Sequence record: MT446414.1
DNA length: 64,000 bases
DNA from: Escherichia virus TH43
Reading direction: 5' to 3' (one strand)
The translations under genes were made by a program, and so were the position numbers. This document shows, one piece after another, positions 26,765-37,493 of the stretch (position 1 is the first letter of the stretch; every line of letters starts with the position of its first letter). The notes beneath the pieces are model-generated. The model was given only the letters and a program-made list of their open reading frames with translations. It was not told the origin of the DNA and searched no databases.

Positions 26765-27787
26765 TTACCAACTCCCTATTCTAATTCTCAAAGCACCACC
26801 ACCGTCATAGAAATCAATCCTGTTACCATTCATCCACAGCTGTGCCCCACCTGTACCACCCATAACAAAATCCCCACCAACTGTAAGTCTCCAGTTAGAA
26901 CCACTCATAGAGCCAGCAGTAATCTTGTTAGCAGTAAGGTTAGCAATCTGTCCATCTTGAATCCACACGTTATCAATCTGAGCAAACTGGATTCGAGCAT
27001 TAGCAATCTGAGCAGTTGTAATGTTGACATTCTTGATATCAGCGAATTCCATTCTAGCTCTACCACCTTCAAAAACAAAAGGAGTATTACCAGAGTTGCC
27101 ATCACCAACAATAAACTTATTAGCCGTTACTTGGAATTGGCTGTTCGTGCCGTTGTTAGTTAGTTTAACACCAGCGTACTGACCATTAACAGAAGAGTTG
27201 ACACCCCATGTAGCTTCGTAACTATCTAGTCTCATGTATTGAGAAAGAGAGTTCTGTACAGTAGTAACCTTACCATCCACTTCGGCAATCTGAGTACCTT
27301 GAGCAGTAAGTTCTGTCTGAACTAAAGCAATCTCTTGTCCTTGTTCATTCACAATACCTTGTACTGTCTGAATCTTTAAATCATTACCTTCAATAGAAGT
27401 TTTGAAACCTGCAACTGTACCATCTAGTTTAGTCGGAGGGTTAGTGCTTCTATCCCAAATATCTTCAGTAGAAAGATTACCCATCTGTGTTTGGATATCA
27501 GCAATAGCTGTTTCAATCTCTGTAGTAATTCGGTTCTCAAGTTCATCAAACTGTAGGTTCATTGCATTAAGAGCTTTAATACGAACATCTATCTCTTCAT
27601 GAATCTCGTCGATTGCTTGGAACATCTGGTTAGTTGCTGTACTGACTTTCTGTAATTCATCATAAACTGCAACGTTGTATTTATCCGTATCCTCTACATT
27701 GTTTAGAAACCCAACGTTGTAGGGAAGTGTGGTGTTGTTTCTTCCAGTATTCTTACGAAAACCTCCAGCACCCATAAGTACCTCCAA
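26765..27787 (-). CDS. tail fibre-like protein
   Basis: N-terminal coiled coil then repetitive beta-rich region. Confidence 0.5.
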   Translation of the reverse strand: MEVLMGAGGFRKNTGRNNTTLPYNVGFLNNVEDTDKYNVAVYDELQKVSTATNQMFQAIDEIHEEIDVRIKALNAMNLQFDELENRITTEIETAIADIQTQMGNLSTEDIWDRSTNPPTKLDGTVAGFKTSIEGNDLKIQTVQGIVNEQGQEIALVQTELTAQGTQIAEVDGKVTTVQNSLSQYMRLDSYEATWGVNSSVNGQYAGVKLTNNGTNSQFQVTANKFIVGDGNSGNTPFVFEGGRARMEFADIKNVNITTAQIANARIQFAQIDNVWIQDGQIANLTANKITAGSMSGSNWRLTVGGDFVMGGTGGAQLWMNGNRIDFYDGGGALRIRIGSW

Positions 27788-27824
27788 TTATAAACAATAA
27801 AAGGGAGCCGAAGCTCCCTAGTTG

Positions 27825-30800
27825 TTATCTTCGACCGCCAACAGCAAACTCTATGGTTAAACCATTCATAGACGCATTACTGTTAACATCATTATCTATA
27901 ACATTATAGAATAGGTATGGATGGTTCAGTCTGACTGCTACGTGACGATCTACACCAACCCTAAACTCTTTAGTAGAATGGTTGTGTCCATACTCGTTAG
28001 AGAATTGACTACCACCTGCTTCAAAAGTATAAGTCCCTGTTCCTGTTACTTGAGGTCTAAATCGGTTAATGTGTTTCTGATTCCATTCATTAGTGACGTT
28101 ATCAAAATCAATCCCCGTTCTCTCTAGTCTCATTTCCAGAGGCTTCTCTATAACCACATCATTTGTTCTGTCATAGATATAATCCAAAGCTCCTATATCA
28201 ACTTGGTAGAATCCTTTCAAGAAAGAACCTATGATTGTAACTCTCTGACGGAAGTTAGTTGCATCTTTTCTCCACACCAGTTTGTCAATCGAAGGGTCAT
28301 CCCAAGTGATCTCTTGGAAATCAGCCCAGATAGGACCACGTTCCAGAACCGGAGGATCAACCAGACCAATACAGTAAGAGTAAGGAATCGTACGGAAAGA
28401 CCAAGTATCGAACTCATAATTCCATACTGCTGCTTTAGTACAGGCAAAACTTTCCTTAGGCTCACCCGGACCTACATAAAGAACCCATACTTCTTTCTTA
28501 TCCTGATGAAGATGAACTCGTGTAGCAATTGGGTTCACCAGACAAATCTCATTAATGAGCATGTTCTTCACTCGGTTAGAAGCAATAGATTTCTTAGAAG
28601 CACCATTGTGCAGAATGACGTCGTTCTGAGTTACCACAAAGTGACCACCTTCAACTTCCACCACACACTCAGGAGCAAGTATCCCTGAATCATTAAACAG
28701 CTTTTTAAACATCAAAGGCTGATATGTGTTGTTAGTAGGAGAGCCGATATAAGTTTCAAACTCAGTGTAAACGAACAGATAATCTTTCAGAGGAAGAACA
28801 TCTAACAAACTACCATTAGAGTCAGCCAAATCAATATATCCTGCATAACCATTCTCAAGAGCTTCTGTCTGTCCTACGATGTTAGCTGCTAGGTCAGAAC
28901 TCACTGCTCGGTCATATGCATAATCATCCCAAAGCTGAGGGGCTTTGTTTTCCTCTGCAAAGTTAGACCAACGCAAACGAAGAGGGTAGTGAGTAGTAAC
29001 ACCAGAGGCATTAGACTCTCTCATATTCAGAGCAAACAGTCTATTGTTAAAAGCTCTCACTCGTTCACATTTCCAGTTATACTTCTTAACAGAAGGATTA
29101 CCATCTGCATCAACAACCGTCTGCTCACCCCATCCCGGAAGGTCAGTGAAGTATTCAGAATCGAATTCCTTAACCTGAGGAGTTTCGTAGTGAGTAGTTG
29201 CTACTGCACAGTTAGAGATGATCGCATGATACCAAGGATAATCTTCAAACGCATCATAGTCTTTCTGAACCATCTGGCTTACAGTACAAGTCACTTTAAC
29301 CTCACCCTTACGAATAGCAGTAAGTTTCAAAGTTGAGTTAGTTGTAGAAGTAGTAGAAACATAACCACTCTTATCAACTGTCCACTTGTAAGTATAGCTT
29401 CCAGTAGGAGATGCTGTAGCTGTGATAACAATCTCTTCACCTACATCAAGAGAGGCATCAATAACATCAAGAGTAACTCCAGTCAAAGGTGGATCATTAG
29501 CAAGCATTGCTGCTCTACCAAAACCTTCCAAGTCCATGACGTTAGAGTAGTCGTAGAAGTTGTTTCCTTCCGCCATCCCTGTTGTATCAATGCCAATTGT
29601 ATCAGCGTCAAAATAAGTAACTTCTTCTGACTCAACAATTGGTTCTTCTACAGGAGCTTCTGTAGTGATAGTCATTGCTGACATAGCCCTACTTGCCAGA
29701 CGAGAAGATAAATCAACACGTACAGTACAAACTGCTGAACGACCTCCTTCCGCTGTAACTGCTGTAATCTCTGTATACCCCGCAAGCAATCCAGTTATTG
29801 TAGCTTCTGTACCTGTACCACTTACTGTAGCAATGTTGGTGTTAGAAGAAGTCCAAGTGATCGTTTGGTTGGGTGCGTTAGCTGGACTAACTGTTGCAGT
29901 TAAGATGTACTGAGTACCACGACTCATTTGAATATCTGTCTGACTTAATGTGATGCTATCAATTTGAGGTATTGCTGTTACTGTACAAGATGCAGTCTTT
30001 GTTCCATTATCAGCAGTTATAGTTACCTGTCCTTCTCCAAGAGCTGTAAGAACAACTGTCTTTGTATTAGCATTAGGAGAAACAGAAACTAAGGATGGGT
30101 TAGAGGAAGACCAAGTTACAGACGGTTTGCCTGTAATTGCTGTAAGGGTTGATGTACCACCTTTACGCACAGTCAAAGTGTCTTGGCTCAAATAGATACC
30201 TGAATCACTATCAAGGATGTTAACTGCAATCTGAGCTGAGATAGATTCATCAGATGTGCTCACTGTCACAACTAAATTACCTTCAACAGACTTAGAAGTT
30301 AGGGTAGCCTTCTTGGAGTCAGTAGGGTCAACTTCAATACTACCATAAGAAGAGTTGCTTACTTCCCAAACTAGATTAGCATTTTGAGCATCTGTAGGGG
30401 TGACTTCAACTTCGAGAATCTTGGTCTGGTTAAAATTCATAGATACAGAAGTCTCTTTAGGAACAATATTTGAGACTACTGGATAAATCTTAATTGTCGC
30501 TGATGCTTTCTTTGTCGCTGTAGCAACCTTACGGCTGATATCAGTTAAACTCTCGTCGGTAAGTTTATACAGTTTCTTATCTGTACCTACCACAAGAAAG
30601 CTATTACCTGCGCTATAATAATCGAAAGGCATTGAAAGGAATGAGAGAGGAGTCAGATCTTTATCTTCGTCTACATAAGAAAGAGGGGCATTGCCCCCCG
30701 TCTTAAAGACTCTCTGCTCAACAAACCGAGCATTAATAGCGTTAGTGAAAGCATTTGGTGCTAAGTCAGTAGGTGCTTGGTCAGCGATAACCCCAACTGC

Positions 30801-30830
30801 GCCTAGTGATTTAATTGGATAGAGAGCCAT
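27825..30830 (-). CDS. large tail protein with Ig-like (BIG2-type) domains, 1001 aa
   Basis: repeated Ig-like segments (VTV..TD..A......SSN...A.V...G). Confidence 0.55.
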   Translation of the reverse strand: MALYPIKSLGAVGVIADQAPTDLAPNAFTNAINARFVEQRVFKTGGNAPLSYVDEDKDLTPLSFLSMPFDYYSAGNSFLVVGTDKKLYKLTDESLTDISRKVATATKKASATIKIYPVVSNIVPKETSVSMNFNQTKILEVEVTPTDAQNANLVWEVSNSSYGSIEVDPTDSKKATLTSKSVEGNLVVTVSTSDESISAQIAVNILDSDSGIYLSQDTLTVRKGGTSTLTAITGKPSVTWSSSNPSLVSVSPNANTKTVVLTALGEGQVTITADNGTKTASCTVTAIPQIDSITLSQTDIQMSRGTQYILTATVSPANAPNQTITWTSSNTNIATVSGTGTEATITGLLAGYTEITAVTAEGGRSAVCTVRVDLSSRLASRAMSAMTITTEAPVEEPIVESEEVTYFDADTIGIDTTGMAEGNNFYDYSNVMDLEGFGRAAMLANDPPLTGVTLDVIDASLDVGEEIVITATASPTGSYTYKWTVDKSGYVSTTSTTNSTLKLTAIRKGEVKVTCTVSQMVQKDYDAFEDYPWYHAIISNCAVATTHYETPQVKEFDSEYFTDLPGWGEQTVVDADGNPSVKKYNWKCERVRAFNNRLFALNMRESNASGVTTHYPLRLRWSNFAEENKAPQLWDDYAYDRAVSSDLAANIVGQTEALENGYAGYIDLADSNGSLLDVLPLKDYLFVYTEFETYIGSPTNNTYQPLMFKKLFNDSGILAPECVVEVEGGHFVVTQNDVILHNGASKKSIASNRVKNMLINEICLVNPIATRVHLHQDKKEVWVLYVGPGEPKESFACTKAAVWNYEFDTWSFRTIPYSYCIGLVDPPVLERGPIWADFQEITWDDPSIDKLVWRKDATNFRQRVTIIGSFLKGFYQVDIGALDYIYDRTNDVVIEKPLEMRLERTGIDFDNVTNEWNQKHINRFRPQVTGTGTYTFEAGGSQFSNEYGHNHSTKEFRVGVDRHVAVRLNHPYLFYNVIDNDVNSNASMNGLTIEFAVGGRR

Positions 30831-30839
30831 GCTACCTCC

Positions 30840-31643
30840 TTAGCTAATACGTCTCCAAATATGTGCTGCTCGGAATGGCGGTAATGTGTTGATAGGCTGA
30901 CGAGAAATGTCATCATAACCAAAACTAACAGAACCTGAGATTGAGTGTGAGTGAGTGTTTGTGTCAGTTACTTGAGTATAACCACCACCCGGACTATACC
31001 AGTTAGGGCTGCTGTTATGACCACTAGCATCCCCTCGGCCCATCGTAATGTTATGTGCGTGAGAGTAGGAGCTAACTTGGAAACTAGAACCATTGATTGT
31101 AGTTAGAGGCATATTCTCAGTACGAACTGTATTAAACACACGACCACCTGTACCGCCTGCTTGGAACTCAACACGCTGGGCGTTAGGAACAGACCCATCG
31201 GGGTTGACAACACCAGTACCCATAACAACACCAGTAACTTTAGCCCAAGAGCCAAAGCCGAGAGAGCTAGAATCACCGGGGTTGATATCTTCTTCAGTGA
31301 TGTAGTAAGCACCAATACGATACAGCTTGTTCTGCATCCAATTCAACATGAAAGCTTCCATCTGACCTTTGGTTACAGCGTCTTTATCACCAGTGCCCGG
31401 AGTCAGGTTTTTAATCATCAGATTACCAACATCCATAGCATCGCCAGTAAAAGTGATTTTCTCTGACAAAGCCTTAAAAGATTCAGAAGAAAGGTTCACT
31501 GGTTCAGTAATGTTAGGGAATGTGTTAATCAAGACTTGTTTGATAAGGCGGAGTTGAGCCGCCCCTTCATAAATATAATCCCTGTCACGAGGGTACAGGG
31601 GGTTTAAATCGGTAGTGACTACCGCTGTAGTTTCAATAGCCAA
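30840..31643 (-). CDS. tail fibre-like protein with His-rich tip motifs
   Basis: HAHNITMG and HSHSISGS HxH motifs. Confidence 0.45.
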   Translation of the reverse strand: MAIETTAVVTTDLNPLYPRDRDYIYEGAAQLRLIKQVLINTFPNITEPVNLSSESFKALSEKITFTGDAMDVGNLMIKNLTPGTGDKDAVTKGQMEAFMLNWMQNKLYRIGAYYITEEDINPGDSSSLGFGSWAKVTGVVMGTGVVNPDGSVPNAQRVEFQAGGTGGRVFNTVRTENMPLTTINGSSFQVSSYSHAHNITMGRGDASGHNSSPNWYSPGGGYTQVTDTNTHSHSISGSVSFGYDDISRQPINTLPPFRAAHIWRRIS

Positions 31644-31655
31644 AAGGCACCTCCA

Positions 31656-32147
31656 TTAGTATTTACCTGTGGTGTATAGGTCTGCTTCTGCAACCCTTCG
31701 GTTGTGAAGTCCCGGACTCTGTTGTTTTACACCTCTGACTGTTATTTTATCCCAACGGAGGAATTCAGAATAAACATCACCCTTCACATCTCCGTTAATA
31801 ACTTTCCTAAGTTTAGAAGTTGATAAAGCCCCACCACCAACGTTGAAATTGAAAGAGGTGAGAGCATCAAACTCGTGGGTTAACAAAGGAACCCTAATAT
31901 TTTTCTGAGTAGCACGAACAGAGTCTTGTGTGTCTCTATCTAGCAGAGCTAGACAATCCTCTATAGAATACGTTAATCCCTGTCTAACTGGATACCCATT
32001 CATATCGCGCGTAGCCCCAACACATATCGTCCAGATACCTGCGGAATCTCGGTAAGCACGAGTTCTCATACCTTCATGCTTCATGATGAATTCCATCCCT
32101 TCTGGGCTTAAGCTCAGTTGTATCGGTGGCAATGCGACATTATCCAT
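31656..32147 (-). CDS. lysozyme (GH24, T4/lambda-type endolysin)
   Basis: EGMRTRAYRDSAGIWTICVGAT catalytic region. Confidence 0.75.
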   Translation of the reverse strand: MDNVALPPIQLSLSPEGMEFIMKHEGMRTRAYRDSAGIWTICVGATRDMNGYPVRQGLTYSIEDCLALLDRDTQDSVRATQKNIRVPLLTHEFDALTSFNFNVGGGALSTSKLRKVINGDVKGDVYSEFLRWDKITVRGVKQQSPGLHNRRVAEADLYTTGKY

Positions 32148-32177
32148 TTTTCACCTCCCTTTCCAGTCAGCCCTAAA

Positions 32178-32396
32178 TTACTGAAGCATATTTCTCAGAG
32201 CACTAGAATCAGAGTCCGGACAAATAACCACAAGATTATTTTGAATTGTACGCTGCTTACATAATGCACTCAATTTCTCAATTGGTGCAGGTTGTGTTAC
32301 CAGAGGATGCACTGCGTTAACAGGAACAGCCACTGACACAGCAAAACCGGTAGCAACACAAGCTAGCCCATAACTGATTTGTTTCATCATTTTCAT
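32178..32396 (-). CDS. small secreted protein (signal peptide)
   Basis: N-terminal signal-like MKMMKQISYGLACVATGFAVSVAVPVNA. Confidence 0.45.
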   Translation of the reverse strand: MKMMKQISYGLACVATGFAVSVAVPVNAVHPLVTQPAPIEKLSALCKQRTIQNNLVVICPDSDSSALRNMLQ

Positions 32397-32491
32397 CTTT
32401 GTATCTCCTATGTGTATTCCTTTTGTGATATAGTAGTTTCATTACTTCTTGAACATACTCACTACTAAAGCCCCCCGAAGGGGCTATTAGA

Positions 32492-34699
32492 TTACTTCTC
32501 TGCTAACTTAGCTTCCAACAACTCAATACGCTTAAGCAAATCTTGAACAACCTGCATGGTATCTAAAAGCATCGGAGTTGCATCCAACTCTTTCTGTTCC
32601 TGCTCTACCCCATCGTTGCCATGGAAGTTACGAGTCTTAACATAAAGAGGTTCAACTTTCTCTGCCTGTTGTGCAATGATACCACGACGAGTTCTTCCTT
32701 GTTCATCGTTGTTGTACACAAACGATTTGAAATCCAAACCTTTTATCGCACGAATTGCTTCATCAGGTGAGATATCTTGGATGTTATGTTTCAACCTTTC
32801 ATCAGATACAGGATTCATAGCAAGAGTATAAGTTCCAGCGGAACCGGGCTGCCATGTGTAATAGAAAATCTCATTTCTGTTTGGTCGAAGGGTTAAACGA
32901 CAACCGTACTTGTTGTCTTCATTCCCCGAAATATGCCAGCAGGAGTCAGCAAAAGTTCCATTATCATTATGAATCATACCAATGTGAGTTGAGGTTTTAT
33001 ACCCACCACTAGATGATTGAGCTGCACTCAGTATAGAATTGAAAGAGTAGGTATTTCCTATTGCTTGATTGTCTATAGAGAAGGTGCCTTTTTTGAATCC
33101 AGTCTCATTCCAACCCATCGATGTCCCAAACCGAGCAACATATCTATCAGAGTTCAGGGTTCCAGAATCGTCAAAAGCTAATTGCTTAGTAACTCCTTTG
33201 GTTTTATTATAAACATTGATAATCCCATAATAAGCTCCGTCGATATAAGCATCAGTTTGGAGCGTAGTAGAAGCCTCTACTTCTGAACCAATTTTATATT
33301 CAGCAACAACAGAACCACTAGAAGCTCTGGTTCCACCAGCAGGGCGATTTGCATCACTGTTAATAACACTCCAAGAAGTGTTAGCAGCAGTAAAACCGCC
33401 ATTAGCACGGATAGTCCAAACACCTATAAAGTTACGAGGTATTACGTTTGATGTAATTCCATATCTACCATAGGTAGGATCAGATTGATTAGCATCAAAA
33501 CGAATGTTAGTATAAAGACCAGCCCCTCCACTAACAGGCCATACACCTTGAGTTGATGTGGTTGAAGTGAAAGCTCCATCAGTTGCCACCTGTCCTTGAG
33601 AGCTCGCCGCTGTTAGCAGGGTATGTGCGGTATAGCCCACGATATTAGGAAGAGCTGCATCATACATCATACCGTTATTAGAAGAATTACCACCGTCGCC
33701 ACGGGCAAACAATTCTTTAAGAGACCCTGCTTGTACGCCGTTTCTATCCGGAACCCTGAAAGTGGTTGTACCATCACCAGTAGAGTATTTACCCCTCTGC
33801 TGTGCATCCGCCAACCAAGCAGCGTCACTGATTGGAGTTAAGAGTTGAGCATAAGCCCATAAATCTGGGTAGTCAGCGCGATTCAAAAGCTGTCCATCAG
33901 AGACTACCTCAAAAGCGGGGATGAAAGCACGACTGTCACGTAGGTGAAAATCACCAATACCAAAGTTAGAAATACCACTCATGGTAGGACCACCAGAACC
34001 ACCACTATTACGAAGCTGTCTCAAAGTTACTGCATCATAATCACCTACAGCATCTGCAACAGTTACTGGTTGAGTGAAGGTTACTTTCTGAGTCATCTGA
34101 GTTATATCAGAGTTAATGCCAGTACGAGTTACACCAATAGTGCGACCCTTGGAATCCTTAACATATGAACCAATAGCTGCAAAAGGGAGTTCATCAATCT
34201 CAGGACGATAGCGTTTGGAGTAGATAGGATATTTAGTTTCTACACCACCGTCATTCAAATCTACAACCTGAAGACGACCAGCAGTGTGAACTTCTACTCC
34301 CTGAACAGAAGAAGCGTAGCTACCGATTTTGATAGTGTTCTCTGGTGTAACTTTAATCATATCGACAGACTCTACACCATTAGCCCCAGCAGCGCGGAAT
34401 GGTACATCGTTAGCTACAAAAGGGTCAGATTTAAACAGAGCACCTTCCATAATAGGAGCAATAGAGTCTGCAACATAAACCTTAGTAGCACCTTCAGTTT
34501 TTGTCATATAGGTGTTTTCAGCTGCAGTCTTCTGTAAATATTTATTAGTTAGGTCGATAGCGCCAGCAACACCATCAACAGTTGAGACACCCACCACCGC
34601 AGCATCTCGGTTAATAACAACATGAGGCATCATTATGCCAGATTTGGGCATTAATTCTCTAGACATTAAAATCTCCTTAAAGCTCCCCGAAGGGAGCAT
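32492..34699 (-). CDS. tail fibre/tailspike with C-terminal S74 intramolecular chaperone domain
   Basis: C-terminal SDERLKHNIQDI...GLDFKSFVYNN and terminal coiled coil. Confidence 0.7.
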   Translation of the reverse strand: MLPSGSFKEILMSRELMPKSGIMMPHVVINRDAAVVGVSTVDGVAGAIDLTNKYLQKTAAENTYMTKTEGATKVYVADSIAPIMEGALFKSDPFVANDVPFRAAGANGVESVDMIKVTPENTIKIGSYASSVQGVEVHTAGRLQVVDLNDGGVETKYPIYSKRYRPEIDELPFAAIGSYVKDSKGRTIGVTRTGINSDITQMTQKVTFTQPVTVADAVGDYDAVTLRQLRNSGGSGGPTMSGISNFGIGDFHLRDSRAFIPAFEVVSDGQLLNRADYPDLWAYAQLLTPISDAAWLADAQQRGKYSTGDGTTTFRVPDRNGVQAGSLKELFARGDGGNSSNNGMMYDAALPNIVGYTAHTLLTAASSQGQVATDGAFTSTTSTQGVWPVSGGAGLYTNIRFDANQSDPTYGRYGITSNVIPRNFIGVWTIRANGGFTAANTSWSVINSDANRPAGGTRASSGSVVAEYKIGSEVEASTTLQTDAYIDGAYYGIINVYNKTKGVTKQLAFDDSGTLNSDRYVARFGTSMGWNETGFKKGTFSIDNQAIGNTYSFNSILSAAQSSSGGYKTSTHIGMIHNDNGTFADSCWHISGNEDNKYGCRLTLRPNRNEIFYYTWQPGSAGTYTLAMNPVSDERLKHNIQDISPDEAIRAIKGLDFKSFVYNNDEQGRTRRGIIAQQAEKVEPLYVKTRNFHGNDGVEQEQKELDATPMLLDTMQVVQDLLKRIELLEAKLAEK

Positions 34700-34706
34700 A
34701 TATTAT

Positions 34707-37484
34707 TTACTCGGTTGGCATCTCTACACGAAGATCTACCCAACGGCCCTCTGGAATGTCAACAGGTTCTCCATCAACAACCCCTTCTTTTTCATTACTA
34801 GCAAAAGAAGGAACCTCACTGTGAACTCTGTGGTAAGTCTTAAGGGTTATATCACCAATCTCATCCACTTCATAATCCACCCACAGTAAAGGGAGTCCAT
34901 TAGAGTTTTGAGGAATAGAGAATCCACCCCCATTACCACCCCAAGAAGGGTCGGAGTTAAAACCTAAGACTCCAGAGATCTTATAAACACCAACATCTAA
35001 TCTTTCTGTGATTACGCCTTGTGCTTGATCATTAACTTCAGAGGAGCCATCTGGTTTAAGCTTGACAATAGGGGATGCTATTTTAACAAAACCGTTAACA
35101 TCCACAGTTGTGTTTAAGTCTCTGACCAAGAAGTCTCTCCAGTTAGTAATCAAAGCTGGGTCATTAGTTCTTTGACGATACCGAGGAGCTTGGTTGGTGA
35201 TGGTAGAGAAACCAATCTGAGACCAATTCCCACCACGACCTCCTTCAGAGATGGTCATAATCTCTGCATAGGAGTAGGGTGCTCCATTACCCCCGGGGAA
35301 CGGGGAAACATCTTGACTGTAGAATCCAATACCTGTTGGCAAATCTTCACTACCATAAAAAGTCGATTGACCATACTGATAGTGCATAGCTCCTAGTTTT
35401 TCAGAACCCTCGGCTGGAGTCTTCCCTCCTGTACCACCACTTATTACCGGCAAAGCTATTCGAGAAGAATCGGAGTTATTGAAATACCCCCAATCTGCAT
35501 CTGTAATAAAGAAGGTGTGTTCTCCAGAACCGTCCAGAAGTTTTGTGTCTGTTGAACTTTGAACAAGCTTATCCACCTTCAGATTGACACGAGCAGCAGC
35601 TTCAGAGGTCGCTCCTGTACCTCCTTGAGCAATATTCAAAGCTACGGTCCCTTTTGATGCACTGTAACACCCCCAAGATACGTCATTGATATAGATGTAC
35701 GATCCGTAGTCAGGAGAAATAACTTTGGTTTCCCCAACCTCTTCCCTAAATCTCCCCAAACCTAAAGAAATACGGGCATCATAAGCAGAGGTAGCTCCTG
35801 TTCCACCGGAATCTAAAGAAACAGGCACTGTAGAGCCATCAGAAACTTTGATTACTTGAGCAATGCCAGAGTTATTCATCTTCCACGCATATTGTGTATT
35901 CGGGGAATGGAAACTATTATAACTCTCTGGTCCCGTCTGATCGTTACACTCTACACCTTGGACCAAGGTGGCCCTACGGAGTGCACCAATATCAGTAACA
36001 CCTGTACCTCCCTGAGCAACAGAAAGAGGGGTAGTCAATCCACTAAGGGATGTGATATCAGAGTTAGCGCCTGAAGATGCTGCCCCAACATTAGCTGCTG
36101 TTAGAATCACATTCCCGTTAGCATCATCAGGAGCTTTACCGTTAACTGTAACAATATAAGGAACCTGAGACAAAACACGACCTTTGTAGTTAGCATCTTT
36201 ATCAGAGTCAGGGGAGCGAATAGCTTCGCCACCTGTCCAATCAGGAAGTCTTATGTTAATAAAATTAGAAGAATCAGCATCAGTAATACCATCAGCCAAT
36301 TTACCCCAAGAAAAATATTGACGAGCACCAGCTTGCCACTCTGTTTCAGAAACTACAGGCAATTGACCACTGACTAAAGAGGGTCCAAGGTCTGCTGCGG
36401 TTGCTTTCGGAACAAGACGACCGTCCGCAGGAAGAACTCCCGGATATGAAACAGTTTTAGCTGGGTCATAAGGGAACATCACCATCTCACCTAGATATAA
36501 AGATGGGTTTCCTGTTGGAATGGTAATGTCGATGTTACCTGTTGAATCAGGAGCACGAGAGTTAACAGTTAGGATACGGCCTTCTGTTTTAACTGGAGTG
36601 AGGGTCTTATCCGCTGCAACAGTATAGAATTCATACTTCGTTGAGTCCCACACCAAAACCTTTTCCCCTACCTGTCGGTATTGAGCATCTAAATCAGCTT
36701 CAGCTTTCGATTGGTATGTTTTAGTTGTTTTATCAAACTTATCGTTAATCTCTTGGCGACTATACTGAGCCACGTTCAAAACATTACCAAGACCTACAGT
36801 TTCTTTGTTGATCGTAAGAGATACTTCACCGTCAAGTGTAGGGCCTCCGTTAACAGAAATAGAACGAACAGATGGTATCAAGTTGGCAATATCTTCGAGA
36901 GTTGTTTTGTGAACAGTATTATCATCTTTGTCAACATAGAAACCAATGTCCCCCAATTCTGGTGTACCGGTAGGAGCAGTAGATAGGTCAGTAACAGAAC
37001 CATCTGCACCTTTCTCACCTTCAGGAATACCAAGTTTGATTTCACCAGTTTGGTTATTGAAAGAACCAGTAGCTTCAGAACCCGGAGGAAGGGTAGTCAC
37101 TGTAACTTTCATAGCCAACAGGATATCAAGTTGCTGATCGACTTCAATCAGTTTTTGGTTAATCAAAGCAATAGAGTTGTTAGCATTAGCAACAGCTGCG
37201 TTAGTCTGTGCAATCAGTTGCATCAGTCGAGCATCTTGATCTTTAAAGTCCTGTTTCAGATCTTCAATATCTTGCTGTAATAGAATACCTTGCTTATAAA
37301 GTTTCTCCACTTCAGCAATAAGATCATCAACTGTACCAAACTTAGACTCAGCTAAAAGTGCCCAATATTTAGAATCAGCAGCATACTCAGCTGCTTGTTT
37401 ATAGGCTCCGATAGAGCCTTCTGTTGCACCAAATTGGCCTACATTATTTACTGTAGTAGGTTCTTGGTTGTTATAAACGATCAT
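34707..37484 (-). CDS. tail fibre protein, 925 aa
   Basis: N-terminal tail-fibre-like region and coiled coil; long beta-rich body. Confidence 0.55.
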   Translation of the reverse strand: MIVYNNQEPTTVNNVGQFGATEGSIGAYKQAAEYAADSKYWALLAESKFGTVDDLIAEVEKLYKQGILLQQDIEDLKQDFKDQDARLMQLIAQTNAAVANANNSIALINQKLIEVDQQLDILLAMKVTVTTLPPGSEATGSFNNQTGEIKLGIPEGEKGADGSVTDLSTAPTGTPELGDIGFYVDKDDNTVHKTTLEDIANLIPSVRSISVNGGPTLDGEVSLTINKETVGLGNVLNVAQYSRQEINDKFDKTTKTYQSKAEADLDAQYRQVGEKVLVWDSTKYEFYTVAADKTLTPVKTEGRILTVNSRAPDSTGNIDITIPTGNPSLYLGEMVMFPYDPAKTVSYPGVLPADGRLVPKATAADLGPSLVSGQLPVVSETEWQAGARQYFSWGKLADGITDADSSNFINIRLPDWTGGEAIRSPDSDKDANYKGRVLSQVPYIVTVNGKAPDDANGNVILTAANVGAASSGANSDITSLSGLTTPLSVAQGGTGVTDIGALRRATLVQGVECNDQTGPESYNSFHSPNTQYAWKMNNSGIAQVIKVSDGSTVPVSLDSGGTGATSAYDARISLGLGRFREEVGETKVISPDYGSYIYINDVSWGCYSASKGTVALNIAQGGTGATSEAAARVNLKVDKLVQSSTDTKLLDGSGEHTFFITDADWGYFNNSDSSRIALPVISGGTGGKTPAEGSEKLGAMHYQYGQSTFYGSEDLPTGIGFYSQDVSPFPGGNGAPYSYAEIMTISEGGRGGNWSQIGFSTITNQAPRYRQRTNDPALITNWRDFLVRDLNTTVDVNGFVKIASPIVKLKPDGSSEVNDQAQGVITERLDVGVYKISGVLGFNSDPSWGGNGGGFSIPQNSNGLPLLWVDYEVDEIGDITLKTYHRVHSEVPSFASNEKEGVVDGEPVDIPEGRWVDLRVEMPTE

Positions 37485-37493
37485 ATGTTCTCC

